Below are positions 26,340 through 37,049 of a stretch of 64,000 bases of DNA, piece after piece. The number at the start of each line of letters is the position of its first letter. Position 1 is the stretch's first letter. The translations under genes and the position numbers were made by a program. The notes under the pieces are model-generated. The model was not told the origin of the DNA and did no database searches. It saw only the letters and a list, made by a program, of their open reading frames with translations. Source of the DNA: Cyanophora paradoxa CCMP329 (taxonomy: Eukaryota > Plantae > Glaucophyta); the NCBI GenBank assembly GCA_004431415.1, contig QPMI01000061.1, positions 1-64,000 on the forward strand. Reading direction: 5' to 3'.

Positions 26340-28398
26340 CTACGCTAACCGGAAGACGAGGGCGCTGTGGTCGTCGGAGCCGGTGACGATCGTGTTGCCG
26401 TCCCTGCGCGCGCCCTCGGATCCGGAGGGCGGGGTCGGGGGCGGGGAAGGGGGCGGAGCGGGGCGGGCCTGGAGACGGCGAGGGAGAGGATGGAGTCGCG
26501 GTGGCCGGAGAGGGAGCGGACGCACTGCCCGTTGCGGGCGTCCCACACGCGCAGCACGCCGTCCGTCGCCGCCGTGTACACGAACGGCTGGCTCTCGTGC
26601 CACGCCAGCCTCAGCACCTGGTTCCCCTCCTGCGCCCCCTCGCCTCGGGCCCCGCCCGGCGCGGCGCGGCGGCAGGGGCCGGCGGGGCGCCGGGGCGGCG
26701 CACGCCGTGCTCGCAGGTCTGGCGGAGGGCCATCGTGGTGAGGTCCCAGACCCGCAGCGTGCTGTCCAGCGAGCAGCTCGCCGCCAGCGGCAGCCTGCGC
26801 CGCCTCAGCGCGCCCCCGGCGCCCAGCAGCGGCCGGCGCACGAGCTGCAGAAGCCGACGTCCTCGATGCCGGCGCCGTGGCCGGCGAGCGCGCCCCGCAC
26901 CTGCGCGCAGATCAGGCGCCGGCCGGTGGCCAAGAAGGGGGGCCTGGGGGGGGGGGGGGGGGGGGGGGGGGGTGCGGGCCTTGGCGCCATCGATCTGGAG
27001 ACGATGACTGAGGAGTCCTCGCTGCCCGAGATCACCAGCGCCCCCTCCCGGTTCACGCTCAGGCACGTCACCGGGCCCTCGTGGAAGCCCCGCCCTGCTC
27101 CCCGCGCTCACAGGGGAGGCCGAGGCCCGGGCGGCCGGCGCGCGCACCGCCGAGGGCGCCGATGCCGCTGCCGTCGCGCGGGCTCCACGTCCGCACGGTC
27201 CCGTCCGCGGAGCCCGTGACCACGGTCTTGCCTGCGCGAGCGCTCGGCCGCCGGCCCGGGGGCGAGCGCGCGGCCGGGGCCGGGGCCGGCACCGTCCGGG
27301 GTGAAGCCGCCGCACGTGACCGGCCCGCTGTGCCCCGCAAAAACCTGCCGCCCCGGCCGCCTCAGCGGATCTGCGGCCTGGGGATGGAGGATGGGGAACT
27401 GCGCGCCTGCATGCACTTGGTGGTCGGGGCGTTCCACATCCACACTGTCCCGTCCTCCGAGCCGCCGAGGAGCACGTAGCCCTTGGGGTGCCAGTCCACC
27501 CACTGGCGGCACGCGGCGCGCCTCAGGCAAGGGAGCGGATGCGGCGGGCCGGGGGCGGGGCGCACGGTGAGGTCGGCGGCGGGCCCCTCGAGCGTGCAGT
27601 TCAGGGCCCCCGTCTCGACGTTCCAGACCTTGGCCGTCCCGTCCATCCCCGCCGTCGCCACCAGCTTCCCGTCGAAGCTGAACTTCAGGTTCGCCACCGT
27701 GTCCGTGTGCCCTGCGCGCGCCTCGCGCCCGGCGAGGGCGCCGCGAGGGCAGCCGGCGCGGACCCTGCAGCCGGTGGAGGGCCTGGCCCGTCGCAATGTT
27801 CCAAACGTACGCGACGTCGTCGCCGCCGCCCGACGCCGCGAGCTCCGGGTTCGAGGGGTGCAGGGCCACGCAGTACACTGGGTCTGCGGCCCGCGGCGTC
27901 AGTGGCGGCGCTGGCGTCGTGATTGTGGACCTCGGGCGCAATACGGCGCGCTGCGAAACGCACCCTTGTGCTCTCTAAACTGCGCGGCAGACTCATCTTT
28001 GACATCCACGAGCTCCTGATCCCCGCCCTCATCGACTGCGTTCTCGTCGATGGCGCCAAGCGCATCGTCGTCCGCATCCTCTGCAGCAAAGCGGGCGCGT
28101 TCATTGTGTGAGAATCAGCCGCATACGCGGCGCCCGCGGCGCGGGGCGGCGCTCACCCATCTCGACCCCCATGTTGTCGAGCTCCACCTCCTCGATGACA
28201 TCCTCGTCAGCGAGATACTCGCCCTCATCCAAATCCGCGTCATCCTGGTCCCGCGCGTCGCCCGTCTGCGCCAGAAAGCACGATCGGGCGCGCGAGGCGG
28301 GCGGGGGGCGGGGGCGCTTCTGCAGCGCGCGAATCGATTCGGGCAGCTAGCTACAGCCCGCAGCGCACCCGAGTGGGATCACTGCTCGTTCCTGCCAT
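26340..28398 (-). CDS. AAMP: WD40 protein, AAMP/Sqt1 (uL16 chaperone) orthologue
   Basis: Acidic N-terminus followed by AASGGGDDVAYVW, GHTDTV...LVATAGMDG, LEGP...WVDWHPKGYVLLGGSEDGTVWMW, VFAGHSGPVTCGGFTPDGK, LRQTCEH, TGSDDHSALVF. Start codon tentative; one apparent 1-bp indel near 26997. Confidence 0.9.
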
Positions 28399-28439
28399 CG
28401 TGTACAGAAGTGTACCCGGCAAATCGAAAAAAACTGGGC

Positions 28440-29443
28440 ATGGCCAGAGGCTCCGGAGCTCGAGCCAGCGCGCCAGCAATCCAGCTTCGCGGACCTGCAT
28501 ATGCTGCTGTTGCAGGCCTAACTGTCGCGGCGGCGCGTCCGACAAGCCTGTCGGCACCTTACACGGCCAGCCATGGCCAGCTCCGCGCGGCACGGCACGA
28601 AAAGATCGGGTTGCAGCTTCAGAAGCCCCGCCGACCGCGCCGGCGCCCGAGCTTCGAGTGCGTGTGCAACGTAGAGCGAACGGACCAGAGCGCCGGCGAG
28701 GGCTCGCAGTCGTCAAGTGGAAGAAGGACCTTCATCGGCGTCTCGATGACGCAGTTGACGGGCGTGATCGCGTCCGCCAGCGCCGCGCACGGAGGCACCG
28801 TCCGGGAATACGACGTTGGTGCGCTTTCTCGATCTAGTTTGCCGCCCCGAGCGACCGCGTCCCATCGACCGTCGGGCGCGACGCAGATCCATCGGGGCAG
28901 TTCCGAACGCTCCCGAGCGGCCTGATGGTGAAGGACTTCAATGAGGGGTCCGGGGCAGACATCAAGGCGGGCGATGTCGTCCGGGTGCGCGGCACGGGAC
29001 GGCTCGTCAATCGAGATGGATACGTCTTCTGGCGCACCGTGCGGCCCCCAGGCCCCGCCACGTACGCCCGGAAGCCGCAGCCCAGCGCCCTCCGCAGTCC
29101 GAGCTGGAGGAGGGGTACTACGAGGTGGACACGGGGGAGGCGGGGGTGATCGCTGGTCTCAGGGAGGGCCTCGTCGGCATGCGCGCGGGCGGCGTCCGCC
29201 GCGTGATCGTACCCCCGGGGCCCCTCACCTACGCCGAGGGCGTCGAGCAGCCGTACCCCTCCTCCTTCCAGGTGCGCTGCGCATGCCCTCGAGCTCAGTG
29301 GCCTCCTCGACCCCGCGCCTACTCCGCCAACCCCGCCGGGCTCGAGCTCGCAGGGGGAGCGGCTGCTGCGGTCAGTGCTGGACAACGGGTACAGGGACTG
29401 CACAATTTCGTTCGATCTGCAGGTCGTCCGCGTCCGGCCCTAA
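28440..29443 (+). CDS. FKBP-type peptidyl-prolyl isomerase, thylakoid-lumen type
   Basis: TLPSGLMVKDFNEGSG, VIAGLREGLVGMRAGGVRRVIVPP, TISFDLQVV. Bipartite leader with twin-Arg motif SGRRTFIG followed by a hydrophobic stretch. Confidence 0.9.
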
Positions 29444-29690
29444 GGCCCGCCCCCCCGCCCCCTCGGCCTCTGCTCCGTTGGCGCGTTGAAATCTTCGCTC
29501 ACTTTGCATTGCACACTGTACAGAAAACAATAGACACGACTCTACATGCTGCAGCGCTGCCCCCCCACACACCCCTCTACATGCTTCCCCGTTCTCCGAT
29601 CCCCCACATCATCCCCGAAAAAATGGAGCCTCCCCCGCCGAAAAAAAGCGCGGCCGGGGGGCGTGTCGCGGGCGGCGGCGGCGGGGGCGA

Positions 29691-30668
29691 TCACGCGAAG
29701 GCGAGCTCCTCGGCGTCCTCCTGCGGGGCGCGAGGGTGAGCGGGGCGCCGACGGGGGCGGAGAAGGGGCGCGGCGCACGGCCTCCCAGGCCAGGGCGACG
29801 AGGTCCGCCACGTCCGCCTCGCACAGGGCCGCCCCCGCCGGCGCCCCCTGCGCCCCGACCTCACCACTCGAGAGAGCGCGGGGCGTGCGGCGGGCGGCGG
29901 CGCGGGCTGACCTCGAGCGGGAGGGCCTCTTCCGCGTCGGCGAGCAGCTGCCCCGCCTCGTCCAGCTGCTGCTCCGGGCCCCTGCGCCGGCCACCGGATC
30001 AAATCCAGCGCCGGGGGCGACGGCGCGGGGCCGGCGGGGCGGGGGGCGCACGTCTGGCGGCTGGCGGAGATGACGCTGAGGAGGGAGCTGTAGTAGCGGG
30101 AGCCCAGGGCCGAGGCCTCGAGGAGCTCCTCCTGGTTGGTCTCCTCGTCGAGCTCGCGGCTCGTCTCGGCGCGGATGATGTCGAACGCCGCCTCCGTCGT
30201 GTTGTGGTTCACCGTCGGGTGCGCCGCAAGGATGTCCTCAAAGAGCTCCGACGCCGCCGCCCGCTCCATCTCCAGCTCCGCCCGGCTCATCCTCGACGGC
30301 CGCGCCGCCTCCGGCTCCCTGGACATTCGGCGTCAAAATAAGGCGTATGTGATGCGAATGAACGCTTAGAGTGCTCTAGAGGACCGAGGGCGAAGCGAGG
30401 ACGAGTAACCGCCGAGTAACCGCTTTCCCGCCTAATCACACCGTTCCGCGGCGACTTAGGCCAGGCTCTGCGAGTACGCGCCGCTACACGCATCGGCACG
30501 CTCCTGCTTAGACCCTACGCTCTCGTACGCGGTGGGAAAAGCGGGCCTCGGCGGGGCATGATTTTTAACTTCAGCCTCGGAGCGTTTCCGACGAGGGGAC
30601 GACGTTCGTGTGCTAGTGTGACGGCGAACGCACGGGAGAACAATTTCATCAACGTAGCGGAACGCCAT
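29691..30668 (-). CDS. Hypothetical acidic, alpha-helical protein
   Basis: Coding-like exon 30050-30326 (ELEMERAAASELFEDILAAHP...) with typical flanking introns, ending QEDAEELAFA*. The 5' exons (MAFRYVDEIV... at 30668) are tentative. Confidence 0.5.
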
Positions 30669-30778
30669 TGGAGAACGGAGCTGAGCTGGGCTAAGAGGTC
30701 TTGAACAATTGCTGTGCCCGTCCCAAGCTCATTCCCCCCACTGCCGCTTGTGCTAGCGGAGCCCCGCTGGGGCGGAGG

Positions 30779-33700
30779 ATGCGCTTACGGAGCACCTGCA
30801 AGCGCCCAATGCGCGCGCGCGAGCGTTCGGGGCTCGTTTCGTTTGCGGCAGTTACTAGCGTCCCAACCACTTCAGAGGCTTGGCGCTCGCACCCGCTGCA
30901 GGCTGTAGCGCGCTAGCGCGAGCATCCGCGGACATCGGCATTCCGGAGTTCGTTGTCGGTAGCGCCGTGTTCTTGTTTGATGATGTGGTTCTCGCCGGTT
31001 CATGACGCGCCAGCCGCAGCGATTGACCAGAATGTGGTTCTCAGCGCTCAATCCGCCTCACGCACGTGCGCTCCCGCCCCTCAATCCGTGTCACCTCGTC
31101 GTTTATGAACTATCAGATAGAGGCGAGAACGCCTGCAGCTGGATCTGGCGGACAACGGTGCGCCCGGTGCTCCGGTCAGCTCGGTGCTCCTATCAGAGAT
31201 CAGCAGCACGCAATGCCTGAGCAGGCGCATGCGCAGGCCTAGATCGTCGGTGCCAGCTGCAGCGGGCGCTGGAGAATGTGGATCTCGACGGGCGGCTGCT
31301 TCTTTTCGACGCACGTCTAAAGGTGTTAGAACGGCATCGGGATGCGGGCGGCAGAAGCCGGCCGCGCCTTTTCGGCGCACCGCGCGGCCGCAATCGCCGC
31401 ACTCGCCCGCAGACGCCGGTTCCTGGTCTCCGCATTTACTGTGTCGTGCGTTCCAGAATCCCCTCCGCCGCCTGTCCCACAGCAGTCTTCGAATCCTGAC
31501 CTCCGACGCAGGCTTTCCCACCTGTTCTTCCGGTCAGCGCTCATCGTGCACCACGCCGGCTCGCTCTCAGCGGCGGCGCGGGTGCCGGTCTTCTGGCTGC
31601 CGGCGGCCGGCGTCGCCCTGGCGCTCTGGACGCTGCGCGCCGTGCGGGACGGCGGCGTCGTCCTCCCTTCCGTCGCCCACTTTGCGTTCGGCGTCGCCGC
31701 CATCGGTGGGCCTGCCCCGCCCCGCCCCGCCCCTTCCCTCAGCTCGCGCAGTGGCGCTGGCGCGCACGCGGGAGGCGCTGCCGGTCGGGGCCGGCGAGCT
31801 GGCCCTCCACCTCTCCCTCGTGCTCTGGTGCGGGAGCTTCGGGCGGCCGTGGCGGGCGCTGCCGGCGGGGGCGGCGCTGGACGGCGCGACGGCGGCCATC
31901 GGCCTGCACCTCCTCGCCGACGGCGGCCGCGCCGCCACCTCCGCCGCCTGCGCCGCCGCCGCCGCCCTCGCCCACATCACCCTCAGCAGCCTCGGTGCCC
32001 CCGCCCCGCCCCGCCGGCCCCCGCCGCGCCGCTCACGGGGTCGAAGTGTGCCAGCACCTCTCGCGGCTCGAGCGGGACGAGGTCGAGCGCGCCCTCCTCT
32101 GGGTGCCCCCGGCCCCCGCTCGCCAGCCGGACCGCCCCCGACGCCCCGGGGCGACCGCAGGAGCGCGTGCCGGTGGGCATCGTGTGCCTCGACGAGGCCG
32201 GCCGCATCGCGTCGGAGCCGAACGGGGCGGCCCGGGGCCTCCTCGCGGCCGCCAGGGGCCCCGGCGCGTGGCGCGGGACGCCCCTCGCGGCGCTCTTCGA
32301 CGCGCCCTCGCGGGGCGCGGTGGAGGCGCTCGTCGCCCGCGCCCTCGCCTCCGCCGGCGGGCGGGGCGCCCCCGCCGGCGACCCCCTCACCGTCGAGGCC
32401 CGGTCCGCCCCTCGCCCCTCCCCCGGCCCCTGAGCGCCCCTCAGCCGCCCGCCCGCGCCAGGCTCCTCGCGCCGCCCCCGCCCCGCCGGACACCGCAGAC
32501 CCGGGCGGCTCCGTCCAGTCGGCGGGGTCGGCGGGGTCGGCCTTCGAGCGCAGCGGCTCCGCCTCGGGCTCGGGCTCGGGCTGGGGTGACCTGCGGCGGA
32601 GGCGGGGCGGGGCGGGGCCGGCGCCCGTGCTCCCGCCGGGCGAGCGCGGGGCGGCGGGCGCGGCGGGGAGCGGGGCGGCTGCGGGCCCTGGGTGCGGCTC
32701 TCGGTGACGGGGCTCCCCGCCGTGGCGCGGGGGCCGGGGCGGGGCCGGTGGCGGCGATTGCGACGCTGGAGGAGGCGACGGCGCGGCGGGAGGCGGCCGA
32801 GGCGCTCGAGCGGGCGCGCGCCCTCTCCGAGGACTCCGCCCGCCGCAACGCCGAGTGCGCTGCACGGCCCGAGCCGGCGGGGCCGGGCTTAGAGGGGGCG
32901 GGGCAGGTTCGCGCTGATCGCGTCGCACGAGCTGCGGCAGCCGCTGGGCATCATCGCCGGCCTCGCCGAGGAGCTCGCCCACGCCCCCCGCGAGGCCCGC
33001 CCCCCCCCCTCCCCGCCCCGACCACGCCCCCTCCGGGCGACGGGGGCGGGCAGGAGGGGTGGGAGGGGCTGCTCGGCGAGCTCCGCCGCACGGTTCGCTC
33101 CCTCGCCCTCATCACCGACGACATCGTCGACTTCTCCAGGCCCGTCCGCCCCCCGCCCCCACCCGCCTCGCGCCCCTCACGCGCGGGGCGGGGGCAGGCT
33201 GGAGGCGATGGGGCGGGGCCCGTCGTGCGCGGAGGCGACGTCGCTGCGGGCGCTCCTCGAGTGGCTCTTCGACGCCTTCGCCGCCGCCAACCGCCGCGTC
33301 CAGGCCCGGCCCCGCCCCCTCCCCCCCGCCGGCCCCCTGCGCTCGGGCCTGAGCGCGGGGGCAGCTGGCGGTGTACGTCGAGGAGGCCTGCCCCCCGGTT
33401 CTCCTCCTCGACCGCAACGGCCTCCGGCGCGCCCCGCCCGCCCCGCGCCCCGCCCCCGCGCCGGCGGCGAGCGGGGCGGGGCGGGCGGGGCAGGCACGCG
33501 CTGGCGAACGTGCTGCACAACTCGCTGCGGTTCACGGCGGCCGGGGGCGAGGTGACGGTGGTGGCGCGGGCGGTGCGGGGCGGGGCGGCGCTGCTCGAGG
33601 TCGAGGTGGCGGACACGGGCGTCGGGATCGACGAGGCGGAGCTCGAGGCCATCTTCGAGCCCTTCCACCAGGCCCCCCGCCCCGCCCCGCCCGCCCCCAC

Positions 33701-35336
33701 CCCCGCCCCCTTCTCGCGGCGGCCCCCTGAGATTCCCTTTCCACTGCAGGCCCGCTCGGGGCTGCAGCGCTCGCACGACGGCACCGGGTGCGGGGGAAGC
33801 CCCTCCCAACTCGCGGAGCTCCCCCGCTGACTCGGGGCAGGCTTGGGCTGCCCCTTGCCCGGCGCCTCGTCGAGGCGTGCGGCGGCAGCCTGGACATCGC
33901 CTCCCGCCCGGGCCAGGGTGCCCCCGCCCGCCCCCGCCCCGCCCCGCCCCCGCCGAGCTGCGGGCAGGCACGCGGGCGTGGCTGCGTGCGCCGCTGCGGC
34001 TGCCGGCGGAGGCGCTGGACGAGGCGGACCCCGCCCTGGACTTTGGGAGGGGCACGCCGCCCCGCCCGCCACCCCGCCCCCGCCCCTCCCCGTTCCTCGC
34101 CCTCGGGCCCGCCGCCGCCCGCGCCGCCCTGCCGCCCGCCCTGCGCGGCGCCCCCGCCGCGGTACTGGCGGGGAGGGGCGCTTCGGGGGCGCGGAGGAGG
34201 CGCTGGCGCGCATGGCCCGCTGGCGCCTCCGCGGCCTCGGCCTCGCAGTCCCGAGCGCCACCCGCACGGGGCGGCCCCGCGGGCCCCCGCGTGGAGCTCG
34301 ACCTGCGCGGGGCCGCCTCGGGGGCGGCGCGGGTGCGGGTCGGGGCGGGCGAGCGGGCGCTGCCGCTGCCCTTCACCCTCGCCGACCTCGCCTTTGCCCT
34401 CGCCGCCCTCGCCGCCCCGGAGCCCGACCCGGCCCCGGCCCCGGCCCGGCCCCGGCCTCGGCCCTCGCGGTGGGGCCCCAGTGCGGGGCGGCGGCGCGGC
34501 GGGCGCGGGGTCGCCCCCGGGGCGCGGGGCGGGCGGCTGCCGGCGGCCGGCGCGGCGCAGCGCGTGCTCGTCGTCGACGACACCGAGCTGGTGCCGTACC
34601 CCCCAACTTCCCCCCCCCCCCGCCGCCCCCTGACGTCGGGGCAGAGCCTGCGGGTGCTGCGGCGGCTGGTGGAGCGGGCGGGGCTCGAGGCGCCGGCGGC
34701 GCGCGACGGGGCGGAGGCCCTCGCCGCCCTCGGCCTCGACCCCCGCCCGCGGCCGACGGCCCGACTGCCCGCTTCAAGACGGGGTGCAGGAGGGGGGGAG
34801 GAGGAGGGCCCTCTGGAGGCGGGCGGCGCCTGGCCCGTCGCCGCCGTCCTCATGGACCAGCAGGCCGGCCGCGGTGCACCCCCGCCGGCCCTCGCGCCCT
34901 GAGCGCGGCGGGGGCAGATGCCGGTGCTGGACGGGCGGGAGGCCACGCGCGTCATCCGCCGCGCCCAGGCCGCCCAGCGCAGGCCCCAGTGCGCCCCGCC
35001 CCGCCCGGGCCCGCCCCCGGGCCCGAGCACCGGGCCCGACCTCGGGCCGGCAGCCTGCCCGTGATCATCGTCTCGGCGAACGCGACGGCGGGCGACCGCG
35101 CCGCTGCCGCCGAGGCTGGCGCCGATTCCTTCCTCGGTCCGACCTCGGCGCGCTTCCCCGGGTACGGCGCCTGTGGCTGACGCTGCGCCGCTCTGCGGCA
35201 CTCCGCAGCAAAACCGGTGACTCGGGAAGGCGTCGCGGGGGCCCTGCGCCCCTACCTCCGCCTCCTTGCCGCGGCCGGCTCCGGCTCCCGCGAGGGGACC
35301 CCCGACGTCGACCGGTACCGCGGCCGCGAGCCGTAG
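30779..35336 (+). CDS. Membrane-bound hybrid histidine kinase (TM-PAS-HisKA-HATPase_c-REC)
   Basis: PAS VPVGIVCLDEAGRI; H-box ASHELRQPL; N-box LANVLHNSLRFT; G1 VADTGVGI; F-box IFEPFHQ; G2 GTGLGL; REC VLVVDD...VLMDQQMPVLDGREAT...IIVSANA...GADSFLAKPV. Stop at 35336; start uncertain. Confidence 0.9.
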
Positions 35337-35783
35337 CCTCGGGCCAGGCCGCGCCATGCCCGCCGCCGGCCCAGAGCAGTCTAGCAGGTCCAGGCCTAGG
35401 CAGCAGCAGAAGAACCGAATTTCGAAATCAAAAACTCATGGCATGGTCGTCAACGTTCAACTCTCTGGTATTTCCATGGCAAGTGCATGTCTGCATCAAG
35501 ATATAGCTCCAGCATGCGCTGTGGCATAACGGCTATCGCTATAGCTAGCGCTCGCGAGATCTAGAGCGCGCCACACGAGCGCGCCAGCAGTACCCCGTCT
35601 ACAGTCATTCCCCCTGGCAAAGTTTTTCCGAACTGTTTGCTGCGGCAACGACAGCGGCGCGAAAATCAGCTCAGAGTGATAGGAAAAGCGCTTAGCTAAC
35701 CAGTATCGTGTGGCTTCCTGTGCGGCTTGCGTTTGCTCAGTGGTGGCCCAGGAGAGCGCAGGAGGCACGCGGAGCGTGGCAGG

Positions 35784-36813
35784 ATGGATGCCCATTTTAC
35801 AGCCAAGGTAGCTGTGCTTGGAGATCAAGAGACGGGCAAGACCTCGCTAGTCGAGAGGAGATGTGTTGTAGCAGTCGGTGAGGATCCGCTAGCGACCGGC
35901 CTGGGCTTCCAGAACCTCCACACGGGCCTCCGCTTCAAGGTGCGTTCTTGGCTGAGCCGGGCGGGCCCGCCCGCGCCCTGGACGCCGCCCTCGTCGCCCT
36001 CCAGCGCTCGAGCGCGCCCCAGCTCCGCCCTTGGCCCGTGCCAAGCTGAGATCGTGCTCGCGCCGCCTTCTTCGCGCAGTCGGAGATCGTGCCCGGAGAC
36101 ATGCACCGATACGGCATCACTTATTGGGACATACCCGGGAGCAGCCTGGACATGGCGGCGCGCTACGCGGCCGGCGCCGCCGGCCTCGTCTTCGTCTTTG
36201 ACGTGACGAACGCCACAACGTTCGATCACCTACAGGACTGGATCGCCGCCGTCGAGGGGATCGGCACCACGCCCCAGAAGATGATTCTCGCCAACAAGGT
36301 GCCCCTCGGAGCCCCCCCCCCCCCCCTCCCCCCCCCTCACCCGCCCACCTCCGCGTCGCTCGGGGCCGACGGGGCGGCAGCTGGACCTGCTGGGGGCGCC
36401 GGAGGGCCTGGTGCGGGAGGTGGGGCGCGACGAGGCGGAGCGCTTCGCGCGGGAGCGCGGGTGCTGGTACTTCGAGGCGAGCGCCGTCACCGGCTTGGGC
36501 CTCGACGACGCTTTCGAGTCCCTCGTCTCCAAGCGCGCCGCCCCCTCCGGCCTCGTTCGACGCCGTCTGACCCGCGCCCCGTGCAGCATCGTGCGGAGCA
36601 TCCCGACGCCCGCCGAGCCCAGCGCCCTTCTCAGGACCGGCGTCCGCATCGGCGCGCGCCTCACGCAGGCCCGCCCGCCGCCCGCGCCCGGCTCGCCCCG
36701 CCCGACGCCCGCCGCAGGACCCGTCGTACTGGCGCTCCCTGTACCCGGATGTCATCGCCCCGCCCAAGGTCGAGCCCAAGTTCGAAGTACCCCTCGGAAT
36801 CCCCTTCAGCTAG
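35784..36813 (+). CDS. Atypical Rab-like small GTPase
   Basis: KVAVLGDQETGKTS (G1), WDIPGS (G3), VFVFDVT, ANKLDL (G4), YFEASAVTG (G5). C-terminal extension lacks Cys. Confidence 0.88.
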
Positions 36814-37049
36814 CCCCCTCCCCCGCTGTCCATCCACCTCACCTGCGCTGCTTCGCCCTCGAGGCTCCTCTACGCCTGGTTCGGGTCTTCCTGTGCTCCT
36901 GGCTAGCTCTAGGGTCTAGCCTACGCTATCGCTTCTGCTCTGCTGCGCTACGTATGCGGTTCAGTCTCCTGTGAGTCCTGTCTGGAAGTCTAGATCTGGT
37001 TCGGCTGCGGGTTGCGGTGCGGCGGGCTGCATCATCCTGCACGGCGCCC

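Noticed and set aside
30779-35336. Bacterial contamination or recent HGT suggested by the two-component kinase and the TauE gene
   Set aside because: Both genes carry numerous host-style introns and host codon bias.
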